In this document: piece by piece, positions 29,501 to 38,758 of the stretch
How the letters are laid out: each line of letters begins with the position of its first letter
Position numbering within the stretch: position 1 is the stretch's first letter
Source: Candidatus Bathyarchaeia archaeon
Lineage (GTDB): Archaea > Thermoproteota > Bathyarchaeia > 40CM-2-53-6
Assembly (NCBI GenBank): GCA_049513715.1
Contig: JBEKVV010000008.1
Span: 26,447 to 90,446, forward strand
Length of the DNA: 64,000 bases
Direction: 5' to 3'
Translations under genes and position numbers: made by a program
Notes under the pieces: generated by a model
Databases searched by the model: none
The model's input: only the letters and a program-made list of their open reading frames with translations
What the model was told of the DNA's origin: nothing

Positions 29501-30712
29501 GAGCTGCGCGGGGTACCCTGCTGCCTCGGCGTATACGTCGTATACACCTGAAGCGACGCCCTCAACTTCAAAGTGACCTTGAGCTGAGGCGTTGAAGTAG
29601 CCCATAGCAGTTACGTTGCGACCAGTCGACGGATGATCCGGCTTGTACGGGTCAATTCCTGTGCCAACAGCCCAAACCTTCCCTGGGAAGTTAATGGGTT
29701 GCTGGTAGAGGGTTTGGTTGAAGGTACCATACCGGACGGTTCCGGTTATGATGCCTGGGTCAACTTCACCTTTAACCAGCAAAACTGGATAATTCTCAAC
29801 TGGAACAGTAGCATTAGTAGCACCAGACGATGGAATGTACAGTGGGTTGTTAGGTACAGGGCCAGTCCAGCATGCAGCTGTTGCAACGGTCGGGTCACAT
29901 TGGAACCCGTTCGTGAGGAACGTGCGAGCCATTCCTGGCCAGTTAGTGTTGAGGAATTCGTCCCACAAGAAGACTTTGAAGAAGTATTTTCCTGCAATTT
30001 TCGGCGCCACTACACTGTTGATTTTCAAGTAGTACCATTCCTGGTACTTGTGTTGTGGCCAGAAGTGAATGTCACCCTGAAAGTTGACTTGCCACCAACC
30101 GGGGCCGAATGCGTCCCAGCTGTTTGCCTTCTGAATAATCATGTCGTTGGCGGTCGCACCAAAGGTGGACTCCACGAGCCCCGGGTTATTCAGAGCGGCG
30201 GTCAAGTCGAATTCGGGTGGAATGTAGATTGTTACACCAGTGTAGTTTGCACAGTAGCCAAATCCGGGGGTACCACAGTAGCCAAGGCCAGTATGCCAGC
30301 CTGCGAAGGCTGTGGGATCGCTGAAGTTGATCGCGAAGACCAACGGTCCAGTGTTCGGGTGGTCGTCAGTTGAGGTCAATATTGCACCGAAGGGTGCGTA
30401 GGTATTGCCATCAAGCTGATAGACACTAGCCTGCTGACCGGGTGGATTACCGCCTGGGTTAGGCGATTGATAACCCGGAGGAAACAGGCCTACAGGCCCG
30501 CCTGTGTACGGTCCACTGAACGCTCCAGCACCTGCGCCTGGCGAAACGTACATGAGTGGCCCTGCTACGTGCGGGTCATAGTCGTTCGCGTGGAATCTGT
30601 AGTTCGGCGTCAAATCGCCCAACGTAAAGTGGGCACTTGCAGGAGCTATGATCGCTACGGAACTCAAAACAAAGATTGCGATTGTAAGCACGGCAACTAA
30701 TTTCTTATGCAA
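26522..30712 (-). CDS. Large PEF-CTERM cell-surface (probable S-layer) glycoprotein with beta-sandwich domains
   Basis: Signal peptide after TTG 30712; repeated GTY.V...GY motifs; several N-x-S/T sequons; C-terminal IPVPEF-TM-RRRRL. Confidence 0.85.
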   Translation of the reverse strand: MHKKLVAVLTIAIFVLSSVAIIAPASAHFTLGDLTPNYRFHANDYDPHVAGPLMYVSPGAGAGAFSGPYTGGPVGLFPPGYQSPNPGGNPPGQQASVYQLDGNTYAPFGAILTSTDDHPNTGPLVFAINFSDPTAFAGWHTGLGYCGTPGFGYCANYTGVTIYIPPEFDLTAALNNPGLVESTFGATANDMIIQKANSWDAFGPGWWQVNFQGDIHFWPQHKYQEWYYLKINSVVAPKIAGKYFFKVFLWDEFLNTNWPGMARTFLTNGFQCDPTVATAACWTGPVPNNPLYIPSSGATNATVPVENYPVLLVKGEVDPGIITGTVRYGTFNQTLYQQPINFPGKVWAVGTGIDPYKPDHPSTGRNVTAMGYFNASAQGHFEVEGVASGVYDVYAEAAGYPAQLVASQVTILPGQSFHLDIYLNPGPVVNGQIYSKHLFGEEPWPSNPRPVYVELYGANDYASSSVRAFSPLNLTHPPFMAYDWDSFRGMNKGAYPPNSACETVSTSTHDASGCPTPRPVAYPWFAANAAWGGSYYSQFFPAQNYPLANNFAENGVQCGGKNDLCGKQNGVGPAQYWWVDGAGKFTNGGGSNSFIYRFGVKGVYGAPTDFDGHVPQALATWVNGLTAGRYWVRAWINGYTQTLQDGQTLDEYYFDVAKDEWAGDVFMPMDLRISSTINKTVHFHDLPGTLQECAVNGCLGPSPKNGLAAGSRYLIAEVRDSNGVLWGLNFTHVLGTDENRSIQINGFGMMGPDTFGIKYSDFIPAGHRDYGLPAGTYTVYVYMRGYVQQTFESVSLTLSGNPAQISNHLYRGAILNITIYSIDWEHPTTAKPWELPGTELRGYVFDQNGYAYGDIDVRQIAGATNVEVQEFDGVNNLESDGADNGPGWEFGGNLQYWDIGQYGGGFLANPSLYRRGAPPFTTSIGLETGTYTAFWFTPGYVQHQEFSVYAPKGGFGDIRVNLLQGVNVTINIPFKKEGIFTPTDFNMTMRVRLFDDAGNLVATQSSQAVDQFHLKDATDAVGRGRDASGIGSGYTYYPDPFSPSPDVGNGLKSVDGGTANGDGFIWFGDYYGSSSPGIAVWQGFDSNQGQASQVWSSFYNIQKNVKGWGEGYWRGAIPARTQQVRVELYGMYDYDGDPLDGSGSSILHTKAWDGSSGQKVDSYLYGIDGFSTTIPSSYSGGWTAEVDTVNLYPKNNFGADGFPLQSNWFPAAEGLLEGDSFHTIPGSPAGPFGYSGDSLAANGLGPYAQRQVWSIPNAHLGAEASAIYELDKRGYISGNVYGFTWANDFRTESWDTIQFASATGNQTFSTWTRDGFYDAYLDAGQYNMQVIAWTPSGNQGFTTVSQSLTISSGQSSSGVSFQLERSNIPVPEFTSIAVVAFSALAASLYVLRRRRL

Positions 30713-30761
30713 TCTTTGATTTCCCCAAAATTCAGCTCTTATCCATACCACTTTCGAGGCG

Positions 30762-30772
30762 CGTATATAAAA
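30762..30772 (-). promoter_or_regulatory. TATA box of the S-layer-like gene
   Basis: Minus strand TTTTATATACG; spacing argues against GTG 30751 as start. Confidence 0.65.
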
Positions 30773-30965
30773 CCCTCAATGCTAGGATGCCATTTAAGAG
30801 AAGAAGGGTTGCGTCTCTGCTTAGTTGAGCCTATGTGGATGGGGTGGGGTATAGTTCTCTGGAGAGAACGTTTTGCTGAAGGCTTAGGATTAGTGTTCTA
30901 GAATAGGCTACCGCAACCTCCATACCTGCGAGGAAAAGGGAACAAGAACTGGCGAGCCACTCAAA

Positions 30966-32114
30966 TTGTGTAGAACCTATCTTGCGCTGCTTCTCTTGGT
31001 CGTTACGATAGTTGGAACTCCATGGAACTTAGCCATGGCATTTGGCAGTGCTTATGCGCATGTTCCGGAAACTACGGCTCCCGGCATATTTCAGGAGCCG
31101 AGAACAACTCGGCCCGAGAACTTCACCGAACTGGGGGTTCTTCAGAACGGGGACTTCGAAAATGGCCTCCAAGGATGGACAATCGCTAATCATTTTGTTG
31201 GCGGGGGGAACGGTTACCCTTCAATCTCGGCTTACTTGGTTCATTCGGGATCCGCGGCTTTGGCTTTGAATTTCTTGTCTTCAAATTTCGGTGGGGGTAC
31301 AGGACAACCATTGGAGTTGACAGGGGTGTTTCAGGCGGTTGATGTTCGCGAGCTACGGGGCCTCCATGTGGAGGCGTGGTTCATGATGCTTGGCACTGTG
31401 TCGCAAATTGCCGCTCGGATGCGGGTTCAGGTGGGAGAGTTTACAGTGAACTACTACGTCGCCTATGACAGTGAGCAGCACCTTCGCCAGTACGACACAG
31501 TCCAGTCAAAGTCCATTTTCGTTTACCAGGCCGGCTTAGGTTCAAGTGAATGGTTGCACTTGAATCGCGATGTGGGGGAGGACCTCCATTCCCTGTTCGG
31601 CCCGCAAGGGTTACAGATCTTTGAGCAGAACAAAACAACAATCACCTTAGGATTGGAGTTGATGGGTTTCGGATATATCCCCACGTACCAGATTATGCTC
31701 TGGGATGATGTGCAAGCAGCCGCACTGGTTCCCATGAACTCAACCGAAACAACAACCACGACCACAACGACCGCGTCTAGCACAACTGCGGTGTCCACGT
31801 CCGCGCCGGTAACAGTTGCCATTTCGACTGCAACGTATTCTTCTAAAACATCATCAATAGGAACGCCAACTGAAGCAATGGTACTTGGCTTGTTTCCGCC
31901 AATTCCATTCTACGTGGCCGTTGCCGTTGTCTTGGTGTTAGCTGGGGGGTTCGCGATGGCCGCTTTGTTGCGGGGCAAGCAAAGACGTACTGGCACCGGA
32001 ATTCGTTGTGGGTCCTGTGGCTATGACAAAGACATTCGGCCAACGGACAACTATTGCCCGCGTTGTGGAATGCGCCTTAGCCCTGGTGGGGTGGAGACCG
32101 CGGTTAGTGCCTGA
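30966..32114 (+). CDS. Secreted CBM-like protein with Thr linker, TM and C-terminal zinc ribbon
   Basis: Signal, LQNGDFE..L.GW, WDDV, poly-Thr, TM, CGSCG...YCPRCG. Confidence 0.8.
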   Translation: MCRTYLALLLLVVTIVGTPWNLAMAFGSAYAHVPETTAPGIFQEPRTTRPENFTELGVLQNGDFENGLQGWTIANHFVGGGNGYPSISAYLVHSGSAALALNFLSSNFGGGTGQPLELTGVFQAVDVRELRGLHVEAWFMMLGTVSQIAARMRVQVGEFTVNYYVAYDSEQHLRQYDTVQSKSIFVYQAGLGSSEWLHLNRDVGEDLHSLFGPQGLQIFEQNKTTITLGLELMGFGYIPTYQIMLWDDVQAAALVPMNSTETTTTTTTTASSTTAVSTSAPVTVAISTATYSSKTSSIGTPTEAMVLGLFPPIPFYVAVAVVLVLAGGFAMAALLRGKQRRTGTGIRCGSCGYDKDIRPTDNYCPRCGMRLSPGGVETAVSA

Positions 32115-32389
32115 CCTTGGTAATCCTGTTCTTTTTTCACTCCTGAGTCCTGAATCTCTGGCGGTAGTTCCGGGTCAATCGGTGGTGCGGTTCGGTTTCA
32201 TGTGATGTATTCGGTAGCGCACACATTCCCGGCTAGCAGGGAGTTGGGCCATGTCCAGGTGTGAGATAGTGTCAGTGAGGGCTTACGCCTTCGTTGTCGA
32301 GCAGTGCGAACGCATGCTCCGAGCTGCTCTTATCGTGAGAATTGAGAAATTCGAGATGGTCTTCGATTGAGCCGACCCATGAAACGGTA

Positions 32390-33664
32390 CTAACCACTCT
32401 CATCAAGAGAGCTGGGCTGCTTCTCTCTTCTTGGCCCAGGTTCTCTAACTTCGACTGGGGGCATCTCCTCGCTGGGGCTGAGCGTAATCTCATGGTAGCG
32501 CTCCAGGAAGCTTGATCCAGCCGCGGTCAGTTCATAATACATGCCCTCGCCTATGGTGCGCGTCACGAGGCCCGATTTCAGCAACGTTCCGATAGAACGT
32601 TGAAGTTGCGAATTACCTTCAATTTCCTTACTCGTAACTTTCCTTGCGCTCATCAACTCCAGAGCATCAAACGTGCTGTCGGTTGAAGTCTGCGCTGGCT
32701 TCATTATCGGAAGCGGTCTGTCCCATATGGAAGAACGTATGTGTTCTAAGGTTTCAACTGTGTGCGCTCCTATAAGTCCCGATTCGGATGATGTGTCATG
32801 CCGTACGATGCTGTCAACGAAATTCGAAATTTCCGAAGCGATTGTGTTGCTGGGTAAGACGGGAATTTCATGGTATGAGTCGTGATTACTCTTGCGCACG
32901 GTTTGTTTGATACAATCCACCAACAATGTCGCGTTAGAGCCGACAATCGTGACCTCTCTGACTTTATTCGGATGAAGCCAACTTAGTTCTATATGTGCGA
33001 AGGTGTCATTCGGGAATTCTGCAATCACGTAGGCAACTTCACCGCGCTCTCCGCGAAAACCTCTCGTGATTCCATTCACTTCTTGGGGCCACATGCCGAA
33101 GAGTTGGTTCAAGATGTCTACGGGATGAGGACCTAAGTCGAACACTATGTCTCTGTCAGGGAAGAAGGCCCGATCAGTCCACTGGATTCTAACGTAGAAT
33201 AGCTTGCCAAGCTCGCCTTTGTTCATTACGTCTCGTGCTGCATGTAAGGCGGTGTTGAATCTGAAGACATGACCAACATGAATTACGAGCCCTCGCGATC
33301 TCGCAAGCTCAACCAACTCGTAGGCTTGATGTGAATTAAGCGTCATGGGTTTTTCGACGAGCACGTTCTTTCCCGCGTCCAGCGCCATCTTTGCCGTTGA
33401 GTAATGAGTTGGATTTGGCGATGCGATGTGCACGGCCGCTATTTCCGGATCTTGCATTACATCAGAAATCTTCTGCGTTAAGCGACTCTGGTCGATAGAT
33501 GAGGTCTGCTTGCTTATGAGGAGGCCGCCCAGCGCGGCAAGAGAAGGGTCACACACTTTGACGAGTTTGATTTTCCCGTTCTTCTCTGCTGGTAGGTATT
33601 CAGATACTAGCTTCTTCCCCCAATAACCGGCCCCTATCACAGCTACTCCTACGCGATCTGTCAT
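32390..33664 (-). CDS. Gfo/Idh/MocA oxidoreductase (WbpB-like) with C-terminal wHTH domain
   Basis: IGAGYWG, VLVEKP, GHVFRF, DLGPHP; tail LQRSIGTLLKSGLV...YELTAAGSSFLERY. Confidence 0.9.
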   Translation of the reverse strand: MTDRVGVAVIGAGYWGKKLVSEYLPAEKNGKIKLVKVCDPSLAALGGLLISKQTSSIDQSRLTQKISDVMQDPEIAAVHIASPNPTHYSTAKMALDAGKNVLVEKPMTLNSHQAYELVELARSRGLVIHVGHVFRFNTALHAARDVMNKGELGKLFYVRIQWTDRAFFPDRDIVFDLGPHPVDILNQLFGMWPQEVNGITRGFRGERGEVAYVIAEFPNDTFAHIELSWLHPNKVREVTIVGSNATLLVDCIKQTVRKSNHDSYHEIPVLPSNTIASEISNFVDSIVRHDTSSESGLIGAHTVETLEHIRSSIWDRPLPIMKPAQTSTDSTFDALELMSARKVTSKEIEGNSQLQRSIGTLLKSGLVTRTIGEGMYYELTAAGSSFLERYHEITLSPSEEMPPVEVREPGPRREKQPSSLDESG

Positions 33665-33795
33665 TTGCTTTCCATCTGAACGGGGAAGATTGTTATTGCA
33701 CAGTATACGGGTCCATATTGATAAGCGGTTTGATTTAGGGAAAACTTTGGTCTTCCTTAGGCTTAACTCATCCTTACTTCTCTATAGTAATCTAC

Positions 33796-34914
33796 TCACA
33801 TTTGCAGATTATTCTGGTAGAATTCACGCACTTTCTCGCTGACAAAATCCACTTCTTCCTCATTCATGGTTGGGTACATTGGGAGGCTGAGCACTTCCCG
33901 GCAGAGGTTTTCTGAGAGGGGGAATTCTCCGCCCTTGTAACCGAACATTTCGCGGTAGATCGGTTGCATATGTATTGGTTCTTCATAATGAATTCCAGTC
34001 TCCACCCCAACACTTTGTAGCCAATCGCGTAGCTCTCCTCGCCTCTGACACCTGACCACATACATGTGGTAGACCGGATTGACTGTAGAATCTGGTGCAG
34101 GCGGTATGGTGACTTGTTTCACTTCTGAGAGGGATTTGTCGTACCTAGCTGCGACTCGCCTTCTTGCCTCGTTCCATCCATCCAATCGTTTCAGTTGCAC
34201 GCGGCCAATCGCTGCTTGAATCGTGTTCAGTCTCTCCGTGAAGCCCACTGAACTGTGGAGGTACTTCTTTCCCTTGACTCTGCCACAATCCCTTAGGCTT
34301 CTCACAGTATCCGCAATCGTTTCGTTGCCCGTAACTACCATTCCTCCGTCGCCGCCCACGGTCATGTTCTTTGCTGAATAGAATGAGAAACATCCCACGT
34401 CACCCAGAGAACCTGTCTTCCGTCCTCCGTAGGAGGCGCCATGGGCTTGGCAAGCGTCCTCGATCACGAGTAATCCGCGTTCCTTTGCTATCTCAGATAG
34501 CTCCTTCATTTGCGCTGGGAATCCGTACAGGTGCACGGGCAGCAATGCCTTGGTCTTGTTGGTGAGAGATGCGCTCACTTTCGCGGGATCGATTGTGTAA
34601 TTCTTGAGCGATACATCAGCGAATTGGGGCGTGCCTCCGGCGTGGATGATGGAATTTGCAGAGGCCACGAATGACATTGGGCATGTTATGATGTCGCTTC
34701 CGCGAAGGTTTGAGGCGATCATTGAAAGTATGAGTGCGCTTGTGCCTGAAGCTGTGGCAACTGCGAATCTCGTCCCACAGTACTTTGCGAACTCTTCCTC
34801 GAACTTGTATACGCTCTCTCCTAGGACGAAGCGTTCATTCTGCATAGCCGCTACTGCGGCTTCTTTCATTTCCTCGTCGAACACGGGGTTCGCGAGTGGG
34901 ATCTTACGCGTCAT
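33796..34914 (-). CDS. DegT-family aminotransferase (WbpE-like)
   Basis: PVHLYG, EDACQAHG, FSFYSAKNMTVGGDGG. Confidence 0.95.
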   Translation of the reverse strand: MTRKIPLANPVFDEEMKEAAVAAMQNERFVLGESVYKFEEEFAKYCGTRFAVATASGTSALILSMIASNLRGSDIITCPMSFVASANSIIHAGGTPQFADVSLKNYTIDPAKVSASLTNKTKALLPVHLYGFPAQMKELSEIAKERGLLVIEDACQAHGASYGGRKTGSLGDVGCFSFYSAKNMTVGGDGGMVVTGNETIADTVRSLRDCGRVKGKKYLHSSVGFTERLNTIQAAIGRVQLKRLDGWNEARRRVAARYDKSLSEVKQVTIPPAPDSTVNPVYHMYVVRCQRRGELRDWLQSVGVETGIHYEEPIHMQPIYREMFGYKGGEFPLSENLCREVLSLPMYPTMNEEEVDFVSEKVREFYQNNLQM

Positions 34915-35110
34915 AACTTTCAACACCTATCTACCGAACATTTCTCAGGTTGCTGGTTTGCGACGTTTGCGGACTTAATGAGCGTTTCTGCCAGCGACTT
35001 TTCAGTTGCGTGTTTGAAAAAGGCATTATCCCAACACTTTACTACCCGTCCCGAATGCACAGCTGGGAGTCCCAAATTGTGGATGACAAATGGGCTACGG
35101 GGTTTGATGA

Positions 35111-35350
35111 GTGAGAGCGAAGTTTAGACTCTGTCTTCTGGTCGTCTCCTTCTTTAGCCTCTTGTGCTGGGCTTATTCTGTTGCCATGCAACTCGTCAAT
35201 CCGGAGGCAGTGTATTGGGAGTTAGCTTGGTGGTTACCTTGGGTTCGCATTGACTATTTCGGGGAAGCCGGGTTCATCATCTCCTTCTCGTGCGCGATTG
35301 CGTGGGCATTGACCTCTGAGTTTGAGGCAAATTTGAAAAGAACACCTTAG
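35111..35350 (+). CDS. Small two-TM membrane protein
   Basis: Hydrophobic ORF, LPWVRIDYFGEAGF. Confidence 0.6.
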   Translation: MRAKFRLCLLVVSFFSLLCWAYSVAMQLVNPEAVYWELAWWLPWVRIDYFGEAGFIISFSCAIAWALTSEFEANLKRTP

Positions 35351-35946
35351 CGTTCATCAGACGGTTCTTCGCTGGTGTTGATTGCTCTATCGTTCGTTAC
35401 ATTGCCTCTTAGACTACTCCGTCAAATGTTGTCTGTAGGATTCAGTCCCGATATCAACCATGATGGTTTGGGAGTTGAATGTTTGACCTCATTCTGTGAA
35501 GAATCATGGTTTCGACATTTCAAAATTCCTCGGCAAAAGCTGAAAATCTGTTTAAGACACCCGCGAAGCAACCGCTTGGTGCTGGTGGGCACAACGGCAG
35601 AAAACACGGTCGGGGAGCGTTGCGTTACGCATCCCTGTAAGCTGGCACGGTCACCTTATGGCGACACTCTTACTGACAACGATTTCTGCGCGACATGTGA
35701 ATTAGACTGGGAGGAACACTGGGCCGAAACCAGGTACTGGTCAGATGGTACTGCAATATCAAATAACCTGGCCTCTCTGCTTTCGTGAGACCGGGTTAAA
35801 GTCGGTCAATGGCTTGTAGAAATAGTAGTTTCTCGTGATCTGCGACATGCCTTTGCTTGTCGTCTCGCCCCGAAGATACTTTCCCACCTCGTTGCCGGGG
35901 AACGTTTTTCGCGGCTTTCTGGACCAAGTCAACCGTCCCTTGAGCG

Positions 35947-37530
35947 TTAGTCTCCTCTCATCATGGAAAGGAGTTTCGTTTCGTAGTCGAATATCGGGTT
36001 TGCCAACCAAGCAACTATGCGGGGCCGACATAGTAGAGATCTCAGATTCGAAACGTCCCCATTATCGACAGCTCCTGCAATCGGGGCCAAGGTCAGATAG
36101 ATGGCCAGGAAGAGGAAACCGCCGACGATCAAATTGCTTATTCCAATTCCCATAGTATCTAGTCGGATCAGTGCGATTGTTGGGACAGCAGCACCTAAAG
36201 AAACAAGTAGAATTCTTCCGCTGGCTTTTAGATCAGGACGAGCGCCAAGCAAGACGGAAGCCCGGTTCAGTCCGTACACTGTTGAAATCGCACTCGCAAG
36301 GATGTACGCGATCAGTAGCCCTAGTGGCCCCCAAAGCCATGTGAGGGCCGGACACAACGGCACGTAAATCGCGAGCGTCAAGATGCCTATTTTCAGGACG
36401 GTTCGAGTCAGGGCGACTCCGTTCAGAAAACTTCCGAGAATCAAGTAACCGACACCTGTCAAGAGGTAGAGCGAAGACAACAGTACGAGGTACTGGGGAG
36501 CGAACGCGTAGCTGCTGCCAAAGGTTAGGTAGATGAGATCTCGCGAGAAGATCATGACCACGATGGATGCAGGGATCATGAGCAGCGACGAGTACTTTAC
36601 CGCTAACACAAACGCCCTCACAAGGTCGCCGCGTTGGTTCTTGGGATCCATCTTCGAGAACATTGGAAACATCGCTGTCGTGATAGGGTAGGTGAGAATC
36701 GTCATGAATGCGGTGAATGCCCAGGTTGCACTGAAGTTCCCGATCTGCACGTTACTTGCGAAATGAGCGAGCACGATGTTCTGGTATTGAGTGAGAAACA
36801 CGGATAAGATTGCGGCGGCATAGAGAGGCAAACCATAGCCAAGTAGTGTACGCAACTCCATCGATGCCAGATTAGTTGGGCGACCTGAAGAGCGCGCATG
36901 TTTCGTGAAGAGAAGCATCGCGCCTGTCAGCCCAGCCGCGGCATAAGCCAGCACGTATCCCCAGATCGCGCCAGTAATCCCCAAGCCAACAAAGACAAGC
37001 ACAGGCGCAAGCGTGCCCTTGAGGGTTGCCTGCATGATCTGGACGCTTGCACTGTACTGCATCAGATCTTGTCCGATGAATATGTTGGTCGTCGCGTCGT
37101 AGATAGCTTGGAAGACGATCATCAGCGAGGCGAGTTGAATGAATGGAGCTAACTCCGGCCTATTCAGTACAATGGTTGCGATCGTCGCTGAGCCGGCGTA
37201 ACAGACTACGGAGGCTATTGTGCTGATTGCGAGTTTGAGGAGAAATCCTAACTTGATCAGCCTGTTTGCTCGCGCGTGGTCGCCTTCGGCTCTGAGCCTT
37301 GCTGGTAATCTAATCAGCGCATAGTTCATGCCCACATCCGCGAGAGCCACAAGGAGCACAGGAACCGTGACAGTCAACGTGTAAAGGCCATAACTGAATG
37401 GCCCAAGAAGACGCGCAACAACGATCGCGCCCACTGCTAAGATTACGGTTGAGGAAGCGTTTCCGATGAACAGGAATAGTCCGCCTCGAGCGGCTTTCTG
37501 GGCGATCGTGGTCAACTCATCGGAGGACAT
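35947..37530 (-). CDS. Oligosaccharide flippase (Wzx/polysaccharide biosynthesis family)
   Basis: About 14 TM; VARLLGP.SYGLY, LLGYGLPL, MFPMFSK. Confidence 0.92.
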   Translation of the reverse strand: MSSDELTTIAQKAARGGLFLFIGNASSTVILAVGAIVVARLLGPFSYGLYTLTVTVPVLLVALADVGMNYALIRLPARLRAEGDHARANRLIKLGFLLKLAISTIASVVCYAGSATIATIVLNRPELAPFIQLASLMIVFQAIYDATTNIFIGQDLMQYSASVQIMQATLKGTLAPVLVFVGLGITGAIWGYVLAYAAAGLTGAMLLFTKHARSSGRPTNLASMELRTLLGYGLPLYAAAILSVFLTQYQNIVLAHFASNVQIGNFSATWAFTAFMTILTYPITTAMFPMFSKMDPKNQRGDLVRAFVLAVKYSSLLMIPASIVVMIFSRDLIYLTFGSSYAFAPQYLVLLSSLYLLTGVGYLILGSFLNGVALTRTVLKIGILTLAIYVPLCPALTWLWGPLGLLIAYILASAISTVYGLNRASVLLGARPDLKASGRILLVSLGAAVPTIALIRLDTMGIGISNLIVGGFLFLAIYLTLAPIAGAVDNGDVSNLRSLLCRPRIVAWLANPIFDYETKLLSMMRGD

Positions 37531-37576
37531 GACTTTCAACTCGTCTTATCGGGGCGCTTAGCGTGGTGTGGTAAGT
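37491..37576. repeat. 86-bp direct repeat of flippase 5' end/leader; copy 2 at 38630-38715 (2 mismatches)
   Basis: Direct comparison; brackets the AbrB-PIN module. Confidence 0.95.
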
Positions 37577-37623
37577 CGCTGCAGCTTATGGCATACGGTT
37601 CCAAACCCAGAGACTTAGCCTCC

Positions 37624-38097
37624 TCAATCCGAAGGCGACTCACTGATTGCTTTGCTTGAGACGAAGCTTCCGTATCTTCTGGACAGCAAATCGAGCATCT
37701 GCCTAGGAGAAAGGATCCTAATTCCTTTGAATTTCTTGAGGTCCAGCAGGTGATGGTCTCCGCTGACCACGAATTCGCATTTTCCATCGTAGGCCGCGTT
37801 CAGAATCGTGTTGTCTGCGGGATCTTCTTTCACGGCCTTGAATTCAGATCTAACCTCAATCATCTGCGACGTTTTCCTGAGGAGCCTCGCCAACTCTTCA
37901 ACGCTGGCGAGAGTGTAGTCAAACCTGACGAGCAGCTCATCCCTTGCCATCACTCGCGTAAATTCTCGGATTATTTGTTCAGAGAGAACAAGTTGCATGT
38001 CTTCAAGGGTCAGGGCGACGTCCAACACTCTTGCCGAATTCCCTGTCCTTGAAATGAAGGCGGAGACCAATACGTTTGTGTCGAGTATTACTCTCAT
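37624..38097 (-). CDS. PIN-domain toxin (PIN_3-type)
   Basis: MRVILDTNVLVSA, EDPADN.IL, VVSGDHHLL. Confidence 0.92.
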   Translation of the reverse strand: MRVILDTNVLVSAFISRTGNSARVLDVALTLEDMQLVLSEQIIREFTRVMARDELLVRFDYTLASVEELARLLRKTSQMIEVRSEFKAVKEDPADNTILNAAYDGKCEFVVSGDHHLLDLKKFKGIRILSPRQMLDLLSRRYGSFVSSKAISESPSD

Positions 38098-38360
38098 TCA
38101 CGCGACTTTCTAACAGCGTGGACGAGCCTCTCGATTTCCTTCTCTGAGAGGCCGTGCGTTTTGACGGAAGACCTAGCCTCAGCGAGAAGCTTCTTGAGTT
38201 TCAACTTCTCCTCGGAGAGTTGGAGCTTTCTCAGGACTATGATGTCTTCAAACCCGACGACGAGAAACTTGGTCCCTTCCTTCAACCCCATCTTTCTTCT
38301 GACTTGGGTCGGGATCACAACCTGCCCCTTTTGTGAAAGCCTGGTTAGTTCAAGAGCCAT
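38094..38360 (-). CDS. AbrB/MazE antitoxin
   Basis: TRLSQKGQVVIPTQVRRKMGLKEG. Confidence 0.92.
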   Translation of the reverse strand: MALELTRLSQKGQVVIPTQVRRKMGLKEGTKFLVVGFEDIIVLRKLQLSEEKLKLKKLLAEARSSVKTHGLSEKEIERLVHAVRKSRE

Positions 38361-38371
38361 ACGATTCACTT

Positions 38372-38389
38372 AGTAAGATATGTCTTACT
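38372..38389. promoter_or_regulatory. Palindromic operator of the AbrB-PIN module
   Basis: AGTAAGA-TATG-TCTTACT directly upstream of abrB. Confidence 0.65.
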
Positions 38390-38758
38390 TCGGCCATATA
38401 TGCCTATCTCGTTCGTTCACAGGGCTTCATCACTTGTCCTTGGACGTCGCATCGGCACCTAAAGCGGGGACGACTTATGCCGAACGGGTCAGAGAGAAAA
38501 TCGCTTGGCCAGTCACGATTGTTTCCTCAACGAGACTATCTTGTCGGTCGCTTCGCGGGTTTGGACTACGTATCGGCTATGCTCAAGTTTGATGAGTAGC
38601 TTGCTCAACGAGTAAGGTTCGATACTGACCGGCTTTCTGGGCGATCGTGGTCAACTCATCGGACGACATGACTTTCAACTCATCTTATCGGGGCGCTTAG
38701 CGTGGTGTGGTAAGTGGGCGTGCGCATTACTGAGATTGCGGAGTCTTATTACTCTCAT

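Noticed and set aside
29633..30373. 246-aa plus-strand ORF
   Set aside because: Antisense shadow of the S-layer-like gene with no recognisable motifs
35375..36031. ORFs 35375..35788 and 35759..36031
   Set aside because: No motifs, mutually conflicting frames; probably decayed or non-coding
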